Assembly (NCBI GenBank): GCA_001717005.1
Contig: MAGS01000087.1
Coordinates: 15,453 to 72,862, forward strand
Source of the DNA: Candidatus Methanomethylicus mesodigestus
GTDB lineage: Archaea > Thermoproteota > Methanomethylicia > Methanomethylicales > Methanomethylicaceae
Direction: 5' to 3'
Length of the DNA stretch: 57,410 nt
The notes under the pieces: generated by a model
Databases searched by the model: none
What the model was told of the DNA's origin: nothing
Seen by the model: only the letters and a program-made list of their open reading frames with translations
Translations under genes and position numbers: made by a program
Part shown: piece by piece, positions 51,509-57,410 of the stretch
How positions within the stretch are numbered: the first letter of the stretch is position 1
Layout of the letters: every line of letters starts with the position of its first letter

Positions 51509-52258
51509 GTGCTGGTACTTTTGAGTGAGGCCACTAGATACGAATATCTCAAGACGCAGATCCGGGCAGTCGAGTTCCTGCGCCTCACCAAGGGCGACTG
51601 CAGCTACCAGGAGCTGATGCAGCTGACCGGCATCCCGATCACCGTCCTCAACAGGTACGTCAAGGGGCACATACTCCCCAACCCGGAGCGCGCGCAGGTG
51701 ATCCTGGAGAGGCTCGAGAAGGGCTACGACGTCACGCGGCACATAATGGACAAGCTGGCCTTCGACAGGGGCGGGTTCCTCGACAACACGAAGATCGTGG
51801 GGGACACCCTCATGCTGAGGTTCATAGCGAACCACGTCGTCCAGAAGCTCGCCGGCAGGCGGGTGAGCAAGGTCCTCACCGTCGCCGTCGACGGCATCCC
51901 CCTAGCGGTCCACATAGCCGACTCGTTCGGCGTCCCGTTCCTGTACGCCAAGAAGGAGAAGGAGATCGGCGTCTCCAACTTCCTAGAGGAGACCTACACC
52001 GTCTCGAGGGCCGGGATTCAGGTCTCGCTGTACATCCCGCGGGGCTCGCTCGACAAGAGGGACAGCGTCCTCATAACCGACGACGTCGTCCGGTCCGGGG
52101 AGCAGCTCAAGGCGCTGGTCAACCTGGTGAGGAAGAGCGGCGCCGAGATCTCGGCGGTCTTCGTCCTCATAGCCGTGGGAGACCGGTGGAAGAAGGAGAT
52201 AGACGAGTCGTCCGACTTCCCGATCTACTCGATCGTGACGCTACCTGAAAGGGACTGA
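51509..52258 (+). CDS. Phosphoribosyltransferase-domain protein with N-terminal wHTH (PurR/GfcR-like putative regulator)
   Basis: PRPP-binding loop VLITDDVVRSGEQL, preceded by an N-terminal ~70-aa HTH-like region. Confidence 0.65.
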   Translation: MLVLLSEATRYEYLKTQIRAVEFLRLTKGDCSYQELMQLTGIPITVLNRYVKGHILPNPERAQVILERLEKGYDVTRHIMDKLAFDRGGFLDNTKIVGDTLMLRFIANHVVQKLAGRRVSKVLTVAVDGIPLAVHIADSFGVPFLYAKKEKEIGVSNFLEETYTVSRAGIQVSLYIPRGSLDKRDSVLITDDVVRSGEQLKALVNLVRKSGAEISAVFVLIAVGDRWKKEIDESSDFPIYSIVTLPERD

Positions 52259-53263
52259 GAGGTCATACGGGGGCCTGAAGACCCCCTTCTCCGTTATTAT
52301 CGCGGATACCAGCTCGCTCGGCGTAAGGTCGAAGGCAGGGTTCAGCGCCCTGGTCCCCTCCGGGGCCAGCCTCGCCCCTCCTATGTGCGTCACCTCCTCC
52401 GGGTCGCGCTCCTCGATCCTGATCTCCGGCGCCTCCACGTCGAGGTCGATCGTCGAGAGCGGCGCGGCAACGTAGAACGGGATCCCGTACCGCCTCGCTA
52501 TGATGGCATGCCCGCACGTCCCAACCTTGTTGACCACGTCGCCCCTCCTCGTTATCCTGTCGGCGCCGACCACCACCTTCCTCACGAGCCCCCTCTGCAT
52601 CACGGACGCGGACATCCCGTCCGTTATCAGCCTGAACGGTATTCCCTCGCTCTTCAGCTCGAACGCCGTGAGCCGGGCCCCCTGCAGCAGCGGCCTGGTC
52701 TCGCAGGCGTATACCATGATCCTCTTGCCTGCCTGCACCGCGCTCCTTACCACGCCGAGCGCCGTGCCGTGCTCGACGCATGCAAGGGCCCCTGCGTTGC
52801 AGTGCGTCATCACCCCGTCCCCGTCGTCGATGAGCTCAGCCCCGTATCCGCCGATGGCCCTGCACCTCATGACATCGTCCTCAGCTATCCTGTTAGCCTC
52901 CCTGACGAGCGCCTCCCTCATGGCCGCCGCCCCTCCGCCCCTCCCTCGCTCCCAGGCCGCCCGCATCATCTCCAGCCCCCAGAAGAGGTTCCTGGCGGTG
53001 GGTCTCGTCCTCCCTATCCGCTCCGCCGCGCGCTCCAGGTCGTCCACGAGCCCGTCCGCCGTCTCCGCCCGGCTGTTCCTGCCCGCCAGCGCAATCCCCA
53101 TTGCCGCAGCAACCCCGAGCGCCGGGGCGCCCCTTATCTCCATGGTCTCTATCGCCCTCGCGAGCCTCTCGTGGTCGCCGCAGCTTACTATCCTGAGCTC
53201 GGCCGGAAGCCGAGTCTGGTCTATTATCTCGACGCGCCCGTCCTTCCACTCAATCGTCCTCAT
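52241..53263 (-). CDS. mtnA: S-methyl-5-thioribose-1-phosphate isomerase (MtnA / aIF-2B subunit-like)
   Basis: MRTIEWKDGRVEIIDQTRLP N-terminus, EIRGAPALGV, TGADRI. Ends in TAG. Confidence 0.85.
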   Translation of the reverse strand: MRTIEWKDGRVEIIDQTRLPAELRIVSCGDHERLARAIETMEIRGAPALGVAAAMGIALAGRNSRAETADGLVDDLERAAERIGRTRPTARNLFWGLEMMRAAWERGRGGGAAAMREALVREANRIAEDDVMRCRAIGGYGAELIDDGDGVMTHCNAGALACVEHGTALGVVRSAVQAGKRIMVYACETRPLLQGARLTAFELKSEGIPFRLITDGMSASVMQRGLVRKVVVGADRITRRGDVVNKVGTCGHAIIARRYGIPFYVAAPLSTIDLDVEAPEIRIEERDPEEVTHIGGARLAPEGTRALNPAFDLTPSELVSAIITEKGVFRPPYDLSVPFR

Positions 53264-53750
53264 TGCATGAGCACCTGATCGCATTGGCAACCTCTTCGGA
53301 CATCGCATTAATACCCCTTGCTACGGGCCTGCTGATCCCCCTGCCGAAGTCCGTCGTCTTGGGCTGGATGCCCGCCAGCACTATCCTCACGCCCGGGATG
53401 CCCTCCCTCAGCACCATGAAAAGGACCTTCACGGACTGCTTGTGGGTCGAGAAGGATTGCGCGATGAGGTCCTCCTCCTCGATCAAGGCGCGGCTCCCCG
53501 GCCCCTTCTCCATCTCCACCGCGTCGAAGAAGACCATATGCGTCGGCTGGAACCTCTTCATGTCGAGCGAGTAGTTCTCCGGCACCGTGCCGCAGTCGAG
53601 CAGGCACACAGACGCCGGGACCCTCCCCCTCAGCTTGGCCAGCACGGCGAGGCCGGCTGCATCGTCGCGCCTTATCCTGCTGCCTACCCCTACGAGCATG
53701 AGGCGGCGGCATCCTCTGAGGAATCCTGTCAGCTCCTCTTCGAAGGGCAT
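53250..53750 (-). CDS. Hydrogenase maturation endopeptidase (HycI/FrhD/HybD family)
   Basis: LVGVGSRIRRDDAAG matches the GxGNxxxxDDGxG-type motif. About 166 aa. Overlaps the mtnA start by 14 nt. Confidence 0.8.
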   Translation of the reverse strand: MPFEEELTGFLRGCRRLMLVGVGSRIRRDDAAGLAVLAKLRGRVPASVCLLDCGTVPENYSLDMKRFQPTHMVFFDAVEMEKGPGSRALIEEEDLIAQSFSTHKQSVKVLFMVLREGIPGVRIVLAGIQPKTTDFGRGISRPVARGINAMSEEVANAIRCSCNEDD

Positions 53751-53792
53751 ATTATTAACCAGCCCCAAACTAGGAGATAAAGGTTGGTCGCA

Positions 53793-54320
53793 ATGTCCGA
53801 GGCTATCCCGAAGGCTCTCCTCTCAGGCAGGTCCGCAACAATGAAAGGCCCTGAGGCGGACAGGACGCATCAGCAGGGCACCTTCGGGGAGATGGAGAAG
53901 GGGGTCCTAACGCTCTCGGACGTCGAGATAATGTACCTCCTCGAAAAGGACAAGATATCGCTCGTCGAATGCAGCGGGAGGGCCCTCTCCATGGAGGACT
54001 TCCTGAGGCTTGCGACGGGGGAGGACCCGGACCTCTGGATGCGCTACCTGCTCTACTCCGACCTCCGGAAGCGGGGCTACATCGTCAAGCCGGGGTTCGG
54101 GCCGAAGCTTGAGTACCGGGTCTACAGGCGCGGCGCCGAGATAGGCAAGGAGCCCGCCAAGTACCTCGTATACGGGCTCGTCGAGGGGAAGCCGGTCTCC
54201 CTCCACGAGATAGCGGCGGTCTCCTCCTCCGCGAAGCTCTCGAAGAAGGACCTCATATTCGCCGTGACGGACCGACAGGGTGAGATTACCTACTATGACG
54301 CCTCAGAGATCGACTTCTAG
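53793..54320 (+). CDS. endA: tRNA-splicing endonuclease EndA (short, homotetramer-size form)
   Basis: YSDLRKRGYIVKPG, YRVYRRG. About 175 aa. Ends in TAG. Confidence 0.85.
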   Translation: MSEAIPKALLSGRSATMKGPEADRTHQQGTFGEMEKGVLTLSDVEIMYLLEKDKISLVECSGRALSMEDFLRLATGEDPDLWMRYLLYSDLRKRGYIVKPGFGPKLEYRVYRRGAEIGKEPAKYLVYGLVEGKPVSLHEIAAVSSSAKLSKKDLIFAVTDRQGEITYYDASEIDF

Positions 54321-54339
54321 ACCCGGTGCAGCCCTGAGG

Positions 54340-55161
54340 ATGATGCGCCCTGTCAACTGCGCCATGATGGGCGCGGCCGTCATCGTCAGCGAGATCGCCA
54401 TACTCGGCGCCATCCCCTCGCCGGTCCAGATGGCGCTTGGCTTCGCCGTCGGCTTCCTGCTCACGGCATCGGCCATGATAATAAACGATGTCGTGGACCT
54501 CGAGATCGACCGGATCAACGCCCCCGAGAGGCCGCTCCCCTCGGGCATGGTCTCGCGGCGGGCAGCAGTATGGATGGCCGGCGCCACCGGGGCGCTCGGC
54601 ATGGCCGCCTCGGCCCCCCTGTCGTACTATGCCCTCGCGGTAGCGGCGCTGACCTTCGCCTCATCGTACCTATACAACACACGCGGGAAGCAGACCGGGC
54701 TCTTGGGCAACTCCATGGTTGCGTTCTGCGTCGCGATGCCGTTCCTCTTCGGGGGCATCGTCGTCGTGGGGTACATCAACCTGCTGGTCGCTGTCTTCTT
54801 CCTTCTGGCCTTCCTCGCCACCATCGGGCGGGAGGTGACCAAGGGCATCGCGGACATGGAGGGCGACCGGACGAAGAACATCCGGACCGTTGCGCTCTCC
54901 AAGGGCGCGCACTTCGCCGGTGGGGTTGCCGCTCTCTTCTACCTCCTGCCGGTCCTGCTGACGCCGTTCCCGTACCTCTATGGCGCCATAGGGCTAGCCT
55001 ACGTGATAGTGGTGATCGCTGTGGACGCCGGCTTCTGCTACTCTGCATTTAGCATACTGCGGTCCCACGACAGGCAGAACGCCCTCAAGGTGAAGACGCA
55101 GGCACGCTACTGGATGCTCCTCGCGCTGGTAGCATTCCTGCTAGGCGGGCTCTTCCGATGA
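54340..55161 (+). CDS. UbiA-family prenyltransferase, digeranylgeranylglyceryl phosphate synthase type
   Basis: NDVVDLEIDRINAPERPLPSG and a second Asp-rich region (KGIADMEGD). About 8 TM helices. Confidence 0.8.
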   Translation: MMRPVNCAMMGAAVIVSEIAILGAIPSPVQMALGFAVGFLLTASAMIINDVVDLEIDRINAPERPLPSGMVSRRAAVWMAGATGALGMAASAPLSYYALAVAALTFASSYLYNTRGKQTGLLGNSMVAFCVAMPFLFGGIVVVGYINLLVAVFFLLAFLATIGREVTKGIADMEGDRTKNIRTVALSKGAHFAGGVAALFYLLPVLLTPFPYLYGAIGLAYVIVVIAVDAGFCYSAFSILRSHDRQNALKVKTQARYWMLLALVAFLLGGLFR

Positions 55162-55190
55162 GCCGTAAAAATGGGCGCGGCGAGCGCGGA

Positions 55191-56474
55191 TTACCTCACG
55201 ATTGCCGGGACACCCTGCAGGCCCGTGACGGTCTCCTGCTTCTCGGCCATCTTCCTCAGCTTGAACTTGCCCGTCCTGACCTCTTCGGGACCGACTATTA
55301 GCACGTACGGTATGCCCTTCTTCTCAGCATACTCGAGCTGCCTGCCGAGCTTCCTCCCCATGATGTCCGGCTCCGCCGGGACTCCCATCCCGACGAGCTC
55401 CCTGCTGATCTTGACCGCCTCCTCCGCCACCGCGTCGTTGACGCTGGCGACGAAGACCGCCGTGCCGGATCTCCTCCCCTCAGCCCTTATCTTCTCCATC
55501 AGGACCTCGTAAAGCCTCTCGACACCGAGCGATATGCCGGTCGCAGGCGTCGGCGGCCCGCCGAACCTCTCGATGAGCCTGTCGTACCTCCCGCCCCCGC
55601 CTATGCTCCCTATCTGTGCTGTCTTGGTCCTTATCTCGAAGACCGGCCCTGTGTAGTAGTCTAGGCCGCGGACGAGGCTGAAGTCGATGCGCATCGCCCC
55701 GCCCAGCCCGAACGCCCCGGCGAGCGCCTCTATCCTCTTGAGCTCCTCGACGCCCTCCATCGCCGCCTTAGATGAGGCCAGCTCCCTGGCGACGTAGTCG
55801 ATCGCCTCCTGCCCCCTGAAGTGCGTGAACTCGAGGACCGCCGCCGCCTTATCCTCCGGCAGGCCCATGGCTGCCAGCTCCCGGGCGACCCCCTCCTCGC
55901 CGACCTTGTCCAGCCGGTCCAGCGAGCGGAAGACCTTCGCCTTGCCCTCAGCGCCCATCCCCAGCCCCTCGACCATGCCGTCGAGTATCTTCCTGTCGTT
56001 GATCCTTACCTCGAAGTCGCCCAGCCCGAGCGCCCTCAGCGCGTCCACAGCCGTCGAGACGCACTCTAGGTCCGCCTCTATCCTCGCGGCGCCGACGATG
56101 TCGATGTCGGCCTGGACAAACTCCCTGAACCTCCCGCTCTGGGGCTCCTCGTAGCGCCAGACCTTGGAGATGTTGAACCTCTTGAACGGCTTGGTGAGGT
56201 CCGGCGTGTTGGCGACGACCCTTGCCAACGGCACCGTCAGGTCGAACCTTAGGCCGAGCCACCTCTCCCCCTTGTCTTGGAACCTGTAGATCTGCCTCTC
56301 CACCTCGTCCCCGCCCTTGGCTGCCAGGACCTCCCACAGCTCGATCGCCGGGGTGTCCATCTCCTCGAAACCGTGCATCTCGAACGCGTTCCTGACCTTG
56401 TCGAGGATGACCCTCCTTACCCCCATCTCATCCGGGAGGAAATCCCTGGTGCCTCTTGGCCTGCCGAACTTCAT
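55191..56474 (-). CDS. hisS: Histidine--tRNA ligase
   Basis: MKFGRPRGTRDFLP, RYEEPQSGRFREF, GGGRYD. Start taken at the ATG at 56474. Confidence 0.95.
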   Translation of the reverse strand: MKFGRPRGTRDFLPDEMGVRRVILDKVRNAFEMHGFEEMDTPAIELWEVLAAKGGDEVERQIYRFQDKGERWLGLRFDLTVPLARVVANTPDLTKPFKRFNISKVWRYEEPQSGRFREFVQADIDIVGAARIEADLECVSTAVDALRALGLGDFEVRINDRKILDGMVEGLGMGAEGKAKVFRSLDRLDKVGEEGVARELAAMGLPEDKAAAVLEFTHFRGQEAIDYVARELASSKAAMEGVEELKRIEALAGAFGLGGAMRIDFSLVRGLDYYTGPVFEIRTKTAQIGSIGGGGRYDRLIERFGGPPTPATGISLGVERLYEVLMEKIRAEGRRSGTAVFVASVNDAVAEEAVKISRELVGMGVPAEPDIMGRKLGRQLEYAEKKGIPYVLIVGPEEVRTGKFKLRKMAEKQETVTGLQGVPAIVR

Positions 56475-56597
56475 TGTGGTTCCTTCCTTCTTGGAGTAAG
56501 GTTGACCCGCCGCCTCTATAAAAGCATCTGCGGGGGACCATGCCTGAAACATCCGTTAGGATTAAAAGGAAGTTTTGGTTCGATGTTATTCGGTCGT

Positions 56598-56689
56598 GGG
56601 CCCATAGCTCAGTACGGTAGAGCAGCGGGCTTTTAAGAGAAATCGGAGATACCCGTTGGCCGCGGGTTCAAATCCCGTTGGGCCCGCCA
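56598..56689 (+). tRNA. tRNA-Lys (anticodon UUU) with a 15-nt intron (56636-56650) at the canonical 37/38 position, CCA encoded
   Basis: Acceptor gggccca/tgggccc. D arm gctc-agtacggta-gagc. Anticodon stem gcggg/cccgt. T arm gcggg-ttcaaat-cccgt. The intron can be drawn as a bulge-helix-bulge (details in findings). Confidence 0.9.
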
Positions 56690-56835
56690 CCTACTATTCT
56701 CCGGATCTGATCGGCGCCTCTGATCGAAGGTCTCGCCAAATCCGCCGGGAAAGCCGGCTGATCAACTGCATGCCTGTGCGTCCATCGTGTGGCGGTGCGT
56801 GGCTCCACACTCCCTTTCAGCACATTCCGTGCGAG

Positions 56836-57381
56836 CTAATATTCCGGCATCTTCCTGAAGCCGATATTGTTGCGAACGACATACCAGAAAAACCTCTGCG
56901 GAAGCACCTGTTTTATTGTTTTTAATACACAGTTGCCCTTTTCGCTCAGATGGTAATTCTTGGTATAGTTCGTTTCCACCGATAGTATTATGTTCAGCTC
57001 TTCGAGCTTACCGAGGTATTTCACAATCGCCGGCTGAGTCATTACAATCCCGCCTTCCTTCAGGGCTCTCGTGATTTCGCTCTGCGACAAACTCTGACTC
57101 CTGCCGAGAATGGTTATGACTGCCCAATTCACATATTCACCGCGGAAGTTGGTCTCAGTGATGGCATCTACTACATCTGAAGGCACGCCCTCAAAATCGA
57201 CCTTCCCCATAACCGCGCCGTTGTAATCGACCTTGCTTAAAATCGCGGCTGCATATAGTGACACTAGGAACGCAAAGAAGACCGCCTCTATGCTAGTCCT
57301 GAAATTGATTAAAAATGAAAGGTTAGTGAAAAGGATTAACGGTGCAATGAGAATAATGGCTCCAAAAACGCGCCTTTTCAT
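56836..57381 (-). CDS. Membrane-anchored winged-helix (MarR/ArsR-like) protein
   Basis: Two N-terminal TM helices, then LSQSEITRALKEGGIVMTQPAIVKYLGKLEE (HTH-like). Lower-GC region. Ends in TAG. Confidence 0.45.
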   Translation of the reverse strand: MKRRVFGAIILIAPLILFTNLSFLINFRTSIEAVFFAFLVSLYAAAILSKVDYNGAVMGKVDFEGVPSDVVDAITETNFRGEYVNWAVITILGRSQSLSQSEITRALKEGGIVMTQPAIVKYLGKLEELNIILSVETNYTKNYHLSEKGNCVLKTIKQVLPQRFFWYVVRNNIGFRKMPEY

Positions 57382-57410
57382 ATTTGTTCACGTCTTTTGG
57401 CATATAAAGT

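Noticed and set aside
54280-54339. Possible 41-nt overlap between endA and the prenyltransferase ORF, or TAG read-through of endA into the 54570-55052 frame.
   Set aside because: The prenyltransferase has an in-frame ATG at 54340, just after the endA stop. The read-through frame translates to Arg/Gly-rich sequence with no coding signature.

Overview
GC-rich (about 60% by eye) archaeal chromosome segment, densely coded on both strands. The archaeal assignment rests on a DnaG-type primase, a thermosome-type chaperonin, split PheRS alpha/beta, Pelota, EndA splicing endonuclease, DGGGP synthase, a tRNA with a bulge-helix-bulge intron, a ~320-nt SRP RNA, an unlinked 5S rRNA gene and TATA-box promoters. 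MttB-family, MtbA-type and RamA corrinoid methyltransferase genes plus a hydrogenase maturation protease suggest a methyl-reducing methanogen of the Thermoplasmata/Methanomassiliicoccales type; this is inference only. Layout: (i) 1-11.3 kb is a corrinoid methyltransferase locus. It holds two paralogous non-pyrrolysine MttB homologs, two corrinoid proteins, an SCP2-like protein, an MtbA-type MT2 and RamA. The MT2 gene heads a tightly coupled operon that also encodes a MoxR-class AAA+ ATPase, a VWA protein, the second corrinoid protein and a divergent group II chaperonin. I consider this operon the best candidate for an undescribed system: a dedicated maturation or repair module for a corrinoid methyltransferase. 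(ii) 11.6-16.4 kb encodes a TPP-dependent 2-ketoacid decarboxylase, an ANL adenylating enzyme, a zinc-ribbon protein and a nitrilase. (iii) 16.5-29.3 kb is a cobamide uptake, salvage and nucleotide-loop cluster: BtuFCD-like transporter, two PP-loop enzymes, CobD with a Cys-rich tail, CbiB, a CbiZ-CobZ fusion, CobS, CobY, an ApgM-like protein, archaeal CobT and an unknown KTN/Cys-rich protein. Its two promoters share a 33-nt block containing a near-perfect palindrome. (iv) 29.3-57.4 kb is housekeeping: 5S rRNA, PPAT, PheST, TyrRS, DnaG, RimI, Pelota, CutA, an S2P protease, TtuA, SRP RNA, tRNA-Ser/Pro/Lys, Tag, an ALDH, a dUTPase-like protein, MtnA, EndA, DGGGPS and HisRS. This block also contains several unexplained items: a 411-nt GC-rich spacer, tandem mosaic zinc-ribbon paralogs, and lower-GC patches next to tRNA genes. 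No CRISPR array, transposase or integrase was seen. All functional calls come from motif and family recognition by eye. Start codons are approximate, because the ORF track uses ATG/GTG/TTG and the longest ORF.
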